Shown: positions 1-12,988 of the stretch, one piece after another
How positions within the stretch are numbered: the first letter of the stretch is position 1
Layout of the letters: the number at the start of each line of letters is the position of its first letter
From: Tubiluchus corallicola
Taxonomy: Eukaryota > Animalia > Priapulida
Assembly (NCBI GenBank): GCA_030141605.1
Contig: JAQGDQ010000280.1
Location: 166,058 to 230,057 of the forward strand
DNA length: 64,000 nucleotides
Reading direction: 5' to 3'
Made by a program: the position numbers and the translations under genes
The notes under the pieces: generated by a model
What the model saw: the letters and a program-made list of their open reading frames with translations, nothing else
Database searches by the model: none
What the model was told of the DNA's origin: nothing

Positions 1-333
1 AAATAGAAGGCGATGCCGTGACAACCATGATCATGATTGGTGTTAGTTTCTGACGTCATATAACATAGAGCCCATTTTCGTGACTTCACGCGTTTAAGCA
101 GTAACACTTACGCAAACGTGCTTGACGAGCAAGGGAAGATGCCTGCTATTGCACAAACTGTGGTTAGTTTCTGACGTAAGCAATAGTTGTGTTCGGTTGC
201 CGTTAATTAACTTTCTAAGCTAATTATTCAAATATAAGGAAAAATTGTTAACTTTTGTAGGCAAGAAAATGTATATTTTGGACAGCAAATTAAAATGAGA
301 TTGAGTCTAAACAATCGTCCGGTCTTCCTTTAA
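1..333 (-). mobile_element. TTAA-flanked MITE family A (Kolobok/T2-like), cut by window start
   Basis: Reverse complement of the copies at 1142 and 5704; ends ...CCGGTCTTCCT+TTAA at 330-333. Confidence 0.85.
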
Positions 334-1141
334 TATACGGATCCCACTTGTGTGCACTTTATCTTGCGATCAATCCACCAGAAGAGATTGTGGCCGTAAG
401 TCAAAGACTACCTGTGCTTGCCGACTAACGTACGACGTCACACTACCACAAATAATAATGGTGGATTTTATACAAAAGAGTACTTAATCACTCCACTCAT
501 CTGAATCCACGCCCTCCGTTTCCTGCTCCACATCACCCTGGAACTGGAGCTTGCCGTGCATAGCCTGGATTAGCTCGGTTTCTACTAGATAATTCTAAAC
601 ATTACTAAACATACTTAGTAATGTTTAACACCAAGTATGTTTAGTACTAAACATACCTTTAATGCTAAACATTCAAATATTACCTGGTTAAAACGTGTTG
701 AATTTCCTGCATCGGTTCTAAGACGAGCTGTGATAAATAGCGCTAAAAAGTGCCACAGGACAAACACTTAGCCGTAACGGTTGAAAGTGAAGTTCATTTT
801 TTCAAACGGACAAGCCAATTGTAGAAAAGTAGTTGGAATAATGTTCTTTTTTTGTACTTGCATTCCACAGTGAAGTCTTAATTTGTCAAAACGCTGGTCT
901 TTTCTTTACCGTATCAGATCTTGTGTGGAAAAAGCCATTCAAGTGTTGCGGAAAGCCATTACAAGTGTTTTCTACAAAAAGCCCACCAATGGATGAACAC
1001 GAACAAAGTGTCCTCTCATCTTGGGAAATTTAAAGCTCTAAATCTCTTCAAGTTTATTAAACTAGTTACAGACTTGCATCTTGAGTAATGTGGCCTTTGG
1101 AGATTTATAGTTCTTTATTCTTAATTATGCAATCTGCATTA

Positions 1142-1697
1142 TTAAAGGAAAAACGGACCATTGATTAAACTCAATCTCATTTTAATTTACTGTCCAACAC
1201 ATACATTTTCTTGCCTATAAAAGTTAACAATTGTTCTTTAAATTTGAATAATTAACTTAGAAAGTTAATTAACGGCAACCGAACACAGCCATTGCTTATG
1301 TCAGACACCAACCGCAGTTTGTGCAATGGCAGACGTCTTCCGTTGCAATTCAAACACATTTGCATAAGTGTTACAGTACTGTTTAAACGCGTGATGTCAC
1401 TAAAATGGGCTCTACGTCATATGACGTCAGAAACTAACACTGTAGTTCATGATCATGGTTATCAAGGTACCGCCTTCTATTTGTCGGCCACGTGAATGTG
1501 ACAAAAAGGCGCCGCTGCCAATCTTAGTAGATTCACTGAGCCGCGCGTAGCTTTGAAAGTTTAACCATATTAGAATATCCGAGGTAACTATTATTTAAAC
1601 TAAGCTTTGATTTACAAAAAGCTATTGTAGTTTTCCATATTTTAGAGCATTCCTTATTCTGAACTCGTGTTTGCACAATCATCCAGTTTTCCTTTAA
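1142..1697 (+). mobile_element. TTAA-flanked MITE family A, full length (~550 bp)
   Basis: TTAA-AGGAAAAACGGA ... TCCAGTTTTCCT-TTAA imperfect TIRs; colinear with the other copies in the window. TTAA plus AGGRR termini is the T2/Kolobok signature. Confidence 0.88.
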
Positions 1698-1994
1698 CTT
1701 TATGCAGCAACTAGAGTAGTCTCGGGTTAACAGACAACTTTGTTGTTATTCTACACGTGCTTCAGCCTACTAAAGATTTCATCAAGGACTATAAAACAAT
1801 CAAATATGACATAGATACATAATTCACCTAAACGCAGCTATACAAAGTTACACAGGTTACGCATTGAGTATCAGTTATAAACATTTGAAAAAACTTACCA
1901 TAATTCTACTAAATTTTCGCAAAAAGTTGGATTTTTAAGCAGAACTATTTTACAACTTTACACTGTGATATCAGGCCACAATTTACTGTATGCA

Positions 1995-2157
1995 GGCTTG
2001 CGGCAGACGTTAGATCGTAACCAGTGGCCTGCGGAAGACGCTAGATCGTAACCAGTGGCCTGCGGAAGACGCTAGATCGTAAACAGTGGCCTGCGGAAGA
2101 CGCTAGATCGTAACCAGTGGCCTGTGGCAGACGCTAGATCGTAACCAATGGCTTGCG
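1995..2157. repeat. 31-bp minisatellite (GTGGCCTGCGGAAGACGCTAGATCGTAACCA), ~5 copies
   Basis: Head-to-tail copies with period 31, no spacers. Confidence 0.9.
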
Positions 2158-3027
2158 ATCACAGTGCTGTAGTTCTTGTATTTGTAGTTCTCAACTTCTA
2201 AAAGTTTGACGACAACCATTAACATCTCAAAGTAAGTGTACAAAGTTAAAAAAACACAACAACGGGGCTATCAAAAAATGGGAAAAATCCCGCTTGCTGC
2301 TGTACAGCTAACGATCTCTCGGCCATCTTTTCGATTGCGCTCAATTTCAATAATACGAACTGCATTTTACACATTCGTATTTTTCATCTGAAGACTGACA
2401 CTCGTAAAACACACGAGTCAATTTGTCTTCGATTGTTTCGCTTAGACCACAGTTACATCAAGTCGTAAAAACGTTCACGAATGACTGATTCAGTTACCAG
2501 ATGACGTAACCATAATTATCCCATTTTGCAAGGTCATAAAACAGTATTTACATGTTTTTTACGAGCGCTGGCATTAATTACACGCAGCGCACGAGTTATT
2601 AGTACAGTTAGCAGATGAGCGAATATGCGGTATGTCGTTCACTTATGCAACTTAACTGGCAGAAATGCAGATCTGTGTACGCATCGAAATTAATCTAGGG
2701 TGTATTTGCAGCTATTAAGTAACTAACTAAGCAATTTGTTGTCATCATAGCATAATACAAACATTACATGACAAAACATGTTAACATAACATAACAAAAC
2801 ATACATGAAATTTTTGTGGCTTTGCGTACTGAATTAACTTATGGAAACAACAAGGAGATTAACACAAATAATTCAATCAATTGTACAGTGACACAGAGAA
2901 TTAATATTGGAGATTTACTGAAATTCATCTATAACTCTAAAAGAATCGAAACTATCATCCTTTTCATTAGTTAGATTATGATTGTGAATGACAGAATGCT
3001 CCTAAACAATTGCGCTTTATTTTACCA

Positions 3028-3140
3028 TCCCAGGTCTCGAGTTCAAATCTCGACTAGTTCACAATTTTTCAGCGCCCCTTTTCTTTCTTTCGACTCACTC
3101 GCAATGGGTACAAAGGTACAAATGAATTCGAGACCTGGGA
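3028..3140. mobile_element. Small fold-back element / mini-MITE with 18-bp inverted repeats
   Basis: TCCCAGGTCTCGAGTTCA (3028-3045) vs TGAATTCGAGACCTGGGA (3123-3140), 17/18 complementary. Confidence 0.55.
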
Positions 3141-3930
3141 CCGTGCTTTGCCAGCTGAAATACCAAACAAACATGATAGACAATTGTTCCTTTTTCTAAA
3201 ATAAAACACATGTGCGATATGAAAGATATATTCTGCCTTCTAATGGGAAAACCCGACAAGCGTAAGACTGGTAATGCAGTTCTATTTTTCTCTACTTATC
3301 TATAAACTTAACAAATTTAATTGCACAAATCTTTTCCTCCCGTTTTCTGGTTAATACTACACGCCACGCCCTCTCCTTATTTGGTCATGCCAATCACCAG
3401 TCAACCAGGTTGTGGATCTAGTTATAGCAAGTGTAATCACCTTTATATGACTTTCGATGACCCACTAATAACGAGGTTCCATTATCACCCGCGAAGCCTG
3501 CACGGAAACAAAATCGAACTGAACTGATATCTTTCACTTTCCCAGGCTTCTTTGAACTACTCTACTCGTAGAATTATGAAAAGTCTTGACGCCAGTATTA
3601 ATGAGTCTGCCAACCGTGTCAGATAGACGATAAATTTTACAGTTTCACCCTAATACGGCTAATCAAGCGGCGGAGGAAATTGCCAGTAAAGTACTTAACG
3701 GCGAGTGAGCACTTTGTTGGCTTAAAGACTTCTAATAAATAAGCATTTGAGACGGGTATTCATAGAAAGATACGCGCGTTTCAGGTTAAAACAAACAATC
3801 ACACGACGTATGAAATATTTAATTATTAATTCTGATTCCGTGCAAAAAACATATTGAGATGCAATTGTTGATTGTTTGTAACGAAATTTCTGATTTGATA
3901 CGACCACACTGTGGAATCGAAAACGAATAG

Positions 3931-4093
3931 GAAACAATTGTTCCTTATATTTTAATAATTAGCTTAGAAAGTGAATTAACGGCAACCGAACACAGCTATT
4001 GCTAACGTCAGAAACTAAACACAGTTTGTGCAATAGCAGGCATCTTCCCTTGCTCGTCAAGCACTTTAGCGTAAGTGTTACTGCTTAAATGCG
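3931..4093 (+). mobile_element. Internal fragment of MITE family A
   Basis: Matches ~1227-1390 and ~5793-5952 (CTTAGAAAG..AATTAACGGCAACCGAACACAGC..ACGTCAGAAACTAA). Confidence 0.85.
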
Positions 4094-4494
4094 CCCCCTC
4101 CCCTCAAAAAAAAATATCAAAAAACGCAAAGTGAAAAGAGTCCGCAACAAGTTAATTCCAGTAATGTTACAAGATCGTTATCTTTGCAATAAAACCGACT
4201 TACTAATTCCAAATTTTGAGTGAAATAATTGGATTTCAGGCCATCTTCCATCTGCTGAATCGCCAGATAAATTAATGTAGCAAATCCCTGGATTTGAAAC
4301 ACATCAGATTAGCATAGCAACTCCATTTTCTTCTATTATAAAGTAATTTGGTCTGATCGCCGAGGGAATGAAAGCTATATGCGCAATGACTGCACTTACT
4401 GAATGTGCAGTGAGAACAATATGCAAGTTCTAGGAAGCAAAACCAAACCAAATGAGAGAAAGAGAGCAAAGACTAGATCTATTTGCACAGGCGA

Positions 4495-4543
4495 TGTCAT
4501 TGTCATCCACGTCGAGTTTGTCATCATCGTTAGCACCATCATT

Positions 4544-4607
<64 letters not shown>

Positions 4608-4762
4608 CCATCACCACCACCACCACCATCATCACCACCACCATCATCATCATCATCACCATCATCACTATCATCTTCGTCGTCATCATCATCGTCGTCG
4701 CCGTCGTCGTCATCATCATCGTCACCGTCAATATCGTCGTCGTCGTCGTCATCACCATCATT
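4495..4762. repeat. (ATC)n/(ACC)n/(GTC)n trinucleotide microsatellite
   Basis: Directly visible; source of the poly-I/S/D/M pseudo-ORFs. Confidence 0.95.
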
Positions 4763-5703
4763 CACTGCATGTTCAGCAGCGAGGCAGCTGAAGCATACAA
4801 TTAGTTGCTGAAACTTTCTTGTTTAAAAAAACGGAGTATTGTTCTGATCTGCAGCACACAAGAATTACATGCAGAACAATCTAGACGACAAGTTATAAAA
4901 TACACGATAACACAACAGTCATACACACGATAAAGAGGATTTCCATAATAAATTCAATCACATTTAGTAAAAAAACTAATCATATAAGGTATTTATCACA
5001 GATATACAAAAATGAAAAAAAGATTCATTCTGTTTCGTAGTTCGTAATTTTAGAATGTCAGGCTGGTATAAATGCAAACCAAGCAACCTCACAGACGTTG
5101 TAATCGTCTCACTGAGGCATTTTAATCAGTCAGGTCAATAGACATAAATCCGTAATCTGTGGCATTTTTCTGATTAAATCACAGAGATTTGTCACAATTC
5201 CATTCATTTCTTCACTAATCTGATCACCACTAATCCACGTGGTTAATAGTGACAGCTTGACTTGCTGAAGAACAGACAATGCATGGACGCTTTGACCACT
5301 GAAGTTTTGTTTGTGGACACTGGTCAGAGATCGTCTAACTCAGGTCAGTTTTTTTACAGGAGCAATTTTGACATAGTTGATGACAAGGACAATAATGACG
5401 CTTTTTGTGAATTTAAGAGTTAAATGATAGTTAAAGAACTTAGATCTGTAACAGCCAAAAGCTTTTTGTTTTTTTAGTATAAGGATGGATGAAATTTTGA
5501 AATTAATAAAAGACAACATTAATATTGTAATAGAAGGTTTAGCTACGCTGAAATGTAGTGCAATATTGGCACTGTTTTCTGTCATCAAACCGAGTCCTTA
5601 GCTACAACCGTGTTTCCAAAACTACAGTTATTCATAAATTTGTAAGATGTTGTACAGACTGGCAAACTCTCAATGATTAATTTTTGGCTGAATTACAAGC
5701 CTT

Positions 5704-6257
5704 TTAAAGGAAGACCGGACGATTGTTTAGACTCCATCTCACTTTAATTTACTATCCAAAATACGCATTTTTTTCTTGCCTATAAAAATTAGCAATTGTT
5801 TCTTATATTTGAATAATTAGCTTAGAAAGTTAATTAACTGCAACCGAACACAGCTATTGCTTACGTCAGAAACTAACCACAGTTTGCGAGACGGTAGGCA
5901 TCTTTCCTTGTGCGTCAAGCACGTTTGCGTAAGTGTTATTGCTTAAACGCGCGATGTGACGAAAATGGGCTCTACGTCTTATGACGTCAGAAATTAACAC
6001 TGCAGTTCATGATCATGGTTATCACGGTACCGCCTTCTATTTGTCGGCCACGCGCATGTGACAAAAAGGCGCCGTTGCCAATCTTAGTAAATTCATTGAG
6101 CCGCGCGTAGCTTTGAAAGTTTAACGAAACTTGAGTGTCCGAGATAATTATTATTTAATCTAAGCTTTGATTTACAAAAAGCTATTGTAGTTTTCAATAT
6201 TTTAGAGCAATCTTTATTCTGAACTCGTGTTTACACAATCATCCGGTTTTCATTTAA
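5704..6257 (+). mobile_element. TTAA-flanked MITE family A, full length
   Basis: TTAA-AGGAAGACCGGACGATTG ... CAATCATCCGGTTTTCAT-TTAA; colinear with 1142-1697. Confidence 0.88.
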
Positions 6258-6899
6258 GTTAGTTTTGCAGAAAAACACATTTGGAGTTCAATTCACAATC
6301 TAGCAATTTGGAAGCACTGACGCATATACAGAACTTTTCCCTGGCTAGAGCATCAGCAAACATCAAAACATCAAAAATTACTGCAGTGTTGATTTTTCGT
6401 CGATTACCATTAAACGTGCAAGCTCTAGCGGGAGAGGCAGCAGGAAACATCGGGAGAAGCAGCAGGAAACATCCAGCAAAACAAACGAAAAGGCCACGGT
6501 GGTTGAATTCAGTGTGACTCATTCCGTAGGCCCTGGAGGCAGTTGCAATTTGACTAGTATTGTATCAATTTCCTCTAGACATAACTCTGTTAGCTTTAGC
6601 AATTATCTACACAAGCTGTTTAAATTGATAGCCTCCTTGTCGGCGCTTAGAGGAAACAACACAAATCAGAGGAAAAGACTCAAGCTCGAAGAGAAAAACA
6701 CCATCTTGAAGGAAATATAAACGAGAGAAGTTTGCAGGAAAATTGAAAACAATTATCAAAAAATTAAGTGTAGACAGGATTTGGTTCCATTGGAAAACAT
6801 CTAGAAAGAGAGAATCTTTTGAAGTTGTTTTTTTCAGCTGATAACTTCGAATGCATCTGTTAGGATAGCTGCAATTACCCAGGTCCATTCATAAATAAC

Positions 6900-7320
6900 G
6901 CTGAGAAATTCGTCTTGAAATCTTACATCACTCACATGCTGTCTTAATGTATGCAGAGCTTGTACTAGCAACGCTGTAATAAAACTTGTAAATTTAAATT
7001 CTCGCAGCCATTTTAACCGTAAGTCGTTTAAAACAAGCTTAGGCAGCATTGTGAAACGATTCAAAAAATAATAATCAAAGCACTCGTTACATAGTCCTAA
7101 ATAAGCAAAAGTTTAAATTATTTTTTGTTGTCAATAAGGTCAATAATTAGTTTTTTTGTGAATCAGTGGTGCACACTGGGAAGGTAATGTGACAAATGCA
7201 GTGCCGTTTTATCAGTTAGCGCGAATATTTTAAATTATCTTTTCTTTACTTTGAATTTTCTTTTCTAATTACGTAAGTCTTTACTTTACTTGAAAATTCC
7301 CGTTTCTTAGTTTTGAGGTA
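6900..7320 (+). mobile_element. MITE family C (TTAA/Kolobok-like), degenerate copy
   Basis: Shares the GTGAATCAGTGGTGCACACTGGG core and flanks with copies at 36.0, 38.6, 52.4 and 54.2 kb; boundaries approximate. Confidence 0.7.
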
Positions 7321-7599
7321 TTATTGTGGTATGTAAGACCATGCATGAGTGCTAAGAACAATGGCCCATTGTCTCCACTTCAATATCTTTTCATACTCAG
7401 ACGAGGTTCCACAAACAAACAGCTTAAGTTTCTATATGTTAAGAAAGCCGGACAAATTAATTACGACGTAGATTTATGAATAATAGCAGCCCAAAGTCAA
7501 TTTAAATGATACATCTTTTCCAATCACTCAATCGGATATCATACTAATTAGTGATTTACTCTGACTATCTAAATCAAGAGAGAATAATAGATAAAAACT

Positions 7600-8078
7600 T
7601 AGATAATAGATTAAAAACTTAATTAAAGGTGGCGAGACCAACTATTGATGACATCACAAACTAACATAATTTTCAACAGCAAAAATATTCCACGAGCGTG
7701 TTGAACGTGTTTGCGAAAGCTAAACTTAAGTACAGTGTTAAGTACAGTAGGCATGTTTTAAGATAAAAATTTAAATTCACATTTACCGCTGTACTCACGC
7801 ATGAACTGTCGAACGTGTCTAGTTCGTCACAAACTAACAGAGGTACAACATGCACCTGTTTTTTGTACAATGCGTTTCTGAAATGCAGGCGCTAGTGCCC
7901 GTCTAACTGAAATGCATGTAATAGCTAAGAACTAGAGCTGCGAATGCGAAATTGTGTTTGTCTCACGTAATTCTTTCACGTAAGTCGTTTTTGAAAAAAA
8001 CAGTATGTTTCATTTCAATATTTTAAAGAGTAGATTGTTTTGACCTACAGTTTAAGATTGTGTTCGGTTTTACTTTAA
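7600..8078 (+). mobile_element. MITE family D (TTAA/Kolobok-like), lacking left end
   Basis: Colinear with 57700-58050 (CCAACTATTGATG.CATCACAAACTAACATAATTTTCAACAGC); right end ...CGGTTTTACT-TTAA shared with 33700-33803. Confidence 0.75.
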
Positions 8079-11000
8079 GGAATTGTATACGAAAGGACAT
8101 TGAGGCACTAACGCTTCCGTGACTATACGGCTCTTTTAATTTCTTTTAGTCTTTCCGCCTCATTTTTTTACAATAAACACGGAATTATGAATAATAGAGT
8201 GACAATTGGTGAACCTATTGATAATGCGATCATGATCTACAGGTGAATTTACAGTAATATCATATCCCAGGAGACAAGTCAGGTAATCATTCTTGATCAT
8301 ACAGGCAAACAGGTGAAAGAGCAATGAGCAAATTTAATTAACCTTACGTGGAGTGTCAAGCCTATATTGCATGGATCTAATTAAAGAGCACCTATTTGGC
8401 GAACTTTTATTGGCAAACTCGACGGAGCAAATATGAAACTCTTTGAAAAACGTAAAAGATATTGAATGCAGTAAGAGAAGAAAATGTGACAGAATGACGT
8501 TTTTGCATCAACAATTAATAATTACTGCATAAAAATAGAAGCCACACTTACCTAATATATTAATGGGAGAAATGGTCATTGATTTAGTAATGGAATTTGG
8601 AATCAAATGACATATAAAACGTAAGTCACCAGAAATAACGGGAAATAACTAGAGACAATGCAGAATGATCAAAACACAAGAATAGAAAGGGGAAAAATTA
8701 TACAGGGTCCTTTACAAAAGTCATTACAGCATCTCCAAGTGTCTCTTAAACAGAGCGATTTCTAGAGAACTAAATCGACTCATCTTGTAATTATAGTGAT
8801 GCCAACGTGTAAATTCAAGCGCATGCGCAGTGAAGACTAGCAGCTTAAAATTTCTTTAGCAATAAAAACTGTGTAGTGAACACCAAATAATCAGGTCATC
8901 CATCCAGTGACATTCTCTTCAAATTGTTGCAGAACTACATAAAGTCCGCTAAAAGTTTTGCTTAACTGATTGCACGTATAATTGTATTTTAAGTTATTAT
9001 GTAGACTTTCAATCAAGTTTCATTAATAAAGAACTTATGCTAGAATCAACTGCTGTAATAACCGTAATGCTACACTAATTGTATTAATTCCACATGTATT
9101 GGATTTCTCAATGAAGTAGCAACACTGTGCATTACAATATACAACTTATACTTTTCATGGGTTTATAGGCTTATGTACGTCGAGTATCGTTTCTGTTGTC
9201 GTATCTATTGTATGGGTTTTGTAAATTTCAATTAAGTATTAATTAATAAACCTGTCGCATTTTTAATTAACTATTTTGAGTCATCACATGCTCAAACTAT
9301 CTAATTGTATATAACTATCCTTGACGTTTTTCTGAACTGCACATAGTGTAAATACTGCGATCAGTAATACATGTTACTGTGTTGTAAATCCACTCAAAAT
9401 AAATAAAGTTTACATAATCAGAACAAACAGTCCATCTCTCATTTAGTGACACCTACACATCTGGAGAGCAGCCTAATATCCAATGTACTAACACCCAACT
9501 TAGAGTCTGTTCAAGAGTAAGTGCTAGCAGATTGCAATATGTTGCTTGAAGAGAAGGAAGCCATCGCAGAGCGGCATTTCAGAATCAGCGCATCTATAAT
9601 GCACGTAGTGGCGTAACACGATCTGCTGCTCTCCTCTTGTGCAAAGCTCCCCTTTCTTATGCAATTAGCAAATAATAAGGAGTGGAATTGTGATGATGTT
9701 TGCTCTTGGGCATCAGTAGAAGCCACAATGTATACAACATTCCAGCGGTGAGCTGACGAAGCCATGCGAGGCGGTCAACGTAAACACACGCCGTCGGCAT
9801 GCAGTAAAGATGATTAATGAAAATAATCATATAAAATTAATGGGAAACTGTGCAATTTTGAGTACTTGATTTGCGGAGGATGTAACATAAATATTTAGCT
9901 CTAATATCTTATCACGGCATCTTCAGAAAATCTTACACGTTTATAAGGCTGCCGAGACCAAAAAAATTTCTAATTATCTCTTTCAATATTTTGCAATGCG
10001 GCGAATGTGGACTACGTGGTTAAACTACAGGGTACAACATGTATTATTGTTTGGGATCTTAAAACCAATTGACATACGAAGCCTTGATTAATAAGTTTTG
10101 CTCTTTCTTGTCTTTTATTCCCAAAAAACATGTTATTCCAACTAAACAATAAAAAGTTTATGTCAAAAAATACCATTAACCAAAAGATCAATAATTACAC
10201 ATAATTTAGCAGTTTTTACACTACAGCTTTGCAGCTGTTTTTAACTAATTTGTAATTTAACTAAATAACTAATTTTAAAAGTAATAAAGGAATATAGATA
10301 TATTATTACCCCCCCCCCAATTATGAGCTTTCTAAACACACAACACGACAATATTTTAACGCCCTATAAACTAACTTGTGTTACCAAAATTCAGTCCACT
10401 CAATCAGGTTGCACTGATCACGTGATCAGGCCTAAAAATCGCCACAACGTGGACAAAGCAGACAACAAGAAAAGGCTGGTAAGTATTCTAAATTTTCAGT
10501 ACACATGTATTATTTTTTCATAGTTCATAAGGAACTTAAGGCTTTACGAGCCGAGACGTGGAGGTGGTAAAGTTAAGGACACAGTCCTGAAATACGTCAA
10601 AGCCGTAAGAAACTCACCATCCAAATTTAACTTACAACAGTGAAGAGTAGGCAGGTACTGATGGTATGCCTTGACGTCCTCGGTCGGACAGTCAAAGTTC
10701 AATTCTACCAAAAACTTGGCGCTTTATCTCCTGTTGGGTTCATCATTAGGGTGCTCCAGGTAACTGTAAAGCCGCATGAAAGAGTTTAGCCATGAGCAGG
10801 TGAAGTTGACAGACGGTAAAAATGAACAGTTGAAGTCTCTACAAAATCATTTACGTAATGCTTTTGTAATAAACAGTGACCTACCGTTTAAAGGTCAACA
10901 TCACGGACAAGATAAAGCTCAGTAATCTATATAAACGTTATCGTAATATCGGAATCGATAATATCAAAAATGCACAAGATTGAAAATAAGAAATATGATA

Positions 11001-12527
11001 TCTCAGGGATGATACTGTACTGGAACGTACGTTAGGCAATGGTCAAAGCTCTTATAAATTGTTGTCCAGTACCTTAATCTCCACCTATCAGTAGTGATTA
11101 GAGTTAGCAAACACAAAACAAGATTTGTTTAAAGGAGTCTACCAGAAAACCACCAACAAATCTACAAAACTAAAGAAACCAATCAAGCCACACAAGCAGA
11201 AATTTGAAACGGGTTTACATCGAAACAGCACTAAATCTGTGGGCAACCAAACAGGGGTAACAGGAGCGCCTCACTCGGAAAAGATTTTGATGAAGTAGTC
11301 GATGATCTTAGTGGATGGTTAAAGGATTAGTTTCAACTAGAACATTGTAAAGAGTAGGCCAATTAAACTTACGTTAATTACACTTTTGACGGTCGGTGAC
11401 CATGGCATGTGACACAAGATAAAAATTTCTACAAAAACAACAATGCAGTCAGTTTAAACAGATTAGAGACGAATTAAAACTGAGTGATATGCAGTTTGAC
11501 CTGCTGAATATTCATAGTACATTTCTACATTGCTGCAATACACGTGAATCACAAAACTTACTGGCAGCCTAATTAGCCATATACATTGTTCAACTGTGAC
11601 TCTCTGTAAAACTGTTGGAAAACTGAAATTCCTGAGAAGGAATGCTAAGACACCACATCCTGTAAAACTTGGTGGCCTGAATGTGCTTGATGTCTGAACT
11701 GGTGTCCTATAGAGTTTCTATCATGACGCTTCATACCTCATCGGGTCATTACACATTGCAGTTATTATATACACTCGCCAAGCAACGTACAGCGGTCGCT
11801 TATTGCAGAAATATAGGTTGCCTCGTTTCTCCTTACAAAATCAACAAACACGAGAAAATTAGCTACAGGTTCTGCGCATGCGTAGTTGTGGCAGGACGAC
11901 CTATTGACTGAACGGGGCAATATTGGGCACTCAGAAGTCATAATATGAAAACGTTTCTGTTTTCAATTTGCAGTGGAACAAAAACACGAAAATCTTTAAA
12001 CAATTTTATAACCAAATCTAGTAACACATCAGTCGAGTACCGTATTACCCATGATTAAAAATTCATTGTCTCATAGAATTCTGTGTTACAATATAACAAT
12101 AGAAATTTGCCCCCCCCCCCCTAAAATACCATACATATATACAACGTTGAAGGGTATACATCATTGCGTGGTCAAGGTGTCTAGTGTCACGGACAAAGGC
12201 AAGAAGGCGCCGGAAGTAAAATAAGTAACTTCCCCTGCTAACACTCAACTTGTACAAAATTATATGGAAAATAATGTAACTCTGAAAGATGTGTTTAGAA
12301 CTTTTCCGTATCATTTTGTAATACCGTGAAAGGACGCAATTCATCTCCTATGCAGCGAGTAACAATAAAGATAGCAAAAGATCGTACAAGTTGTGTAGAT
12401 AATAGGAATTTTAATCTTTTTTTATCCAAGAATCAAAGGAGAGAAATATTAGATTATGTGGTGTCATTTTAAATTAATTTCTTTTAATACACGCAAGAGA
12501 CAGCTTCTAGGAATCAACATGTTTATT

Positions 12528-12568
12528 GAGAGACGATCGTTTCGGCTTCTGAAGCCATTGTCAAACTA
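12528..12568 (-). ncRNA. Minimal type I hammerhead ribozyme motif (U3-A8 core variant)
   Basis: Minus strand: AGT-TTGACAA-T-GGCTT CAG AAGCC-GAAA-C GATC G-TC; stem II, GAAA, palindromic loop III, GUC cleavage triplet. Confidence 0.65.
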
Positions 12569-12949
12569 TAAATCAAACCAAAAAGAAGAAAAAATAAGAC
12601 TATGTTCCTCAGGGTCTGTAGAGGTCCTGGTGGATTTAGTCTCTTGTCACTTTCATACAAATATTCTGCGGTTTCCCTTGTTGTAGTTCCCACTTGTTGT
12701 AAATTGTGCAAAATGTAGAAGTTGTGTTTTATTTTTATACCGCTGTGGTTCTTCATTATGTAGACTTGGATTAATTGTTTACCTGTTGTGTTCTTGTTTG
12801 GTTCTCATATGTTACGTACTTTTGTATATTGCTCTATAAATTGTTCCGTTTATTTTGATAAGTTAAATTCTAATCTGTTCTTTTGTAGTTTCAGTTTGTG
12901 CTTTTGTATCATTAATGTATTATTTATTCTTCTTTTTGGCTTGATTTAT

Positions 12950-12988
12950 AGTTTGATAATGGCTTCAATAGCCGAAACGATCGTCGCT
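12950..12988 (+). ncRNA. Minimal type I hammerhead ribozyme motif (U3-A8 core variant)
   Basis: AGT-TTGATAA-T-GGCT TCAAT AGCC-GAAA-C GATC G-TC-GCT; 3-bp stem I AGT/GCT (one G-U pair). Confidence 0.68.

Noticed and set aside
1292-1495. Homologous short ORFs at 1292 (+) and 27614 (-) suggesting a small gene family
   Set aside because: Both lie inside MITE family A copies, begin at non-ATG codons, and the other copies do not give the ORF.
1995-2157. CRISPR-like 31-bp repeats (also the 32-, 30- and 24-bp arrays at 13.5, 43.6 and 61.0 kb)
   Set aside because: Units are directly adjacent with no unique spacers, there are no cas genes, and the context is eukaryotic; these are ordinary minisatellites.
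4396-4811. Long low-complexity ORFs (poly-D/S/I/M; also 19.5, 33.5, 35.2, 37.8, 46.9-47.6 and 62.0 kb)
   Set aside because: Open in several frames on both strands only because the microsatellites lack stop codons.
10400-10840. Candidate host exons near splice-like motifs (G|GTAAGT at ~10478, CAG|GTAACT at ~10760, minus-strand donors at ~10613-10635)
   Set aside because: Translations are short, stop-containing or unrecognisable, and no consistent exon chain can be built without transcript data.
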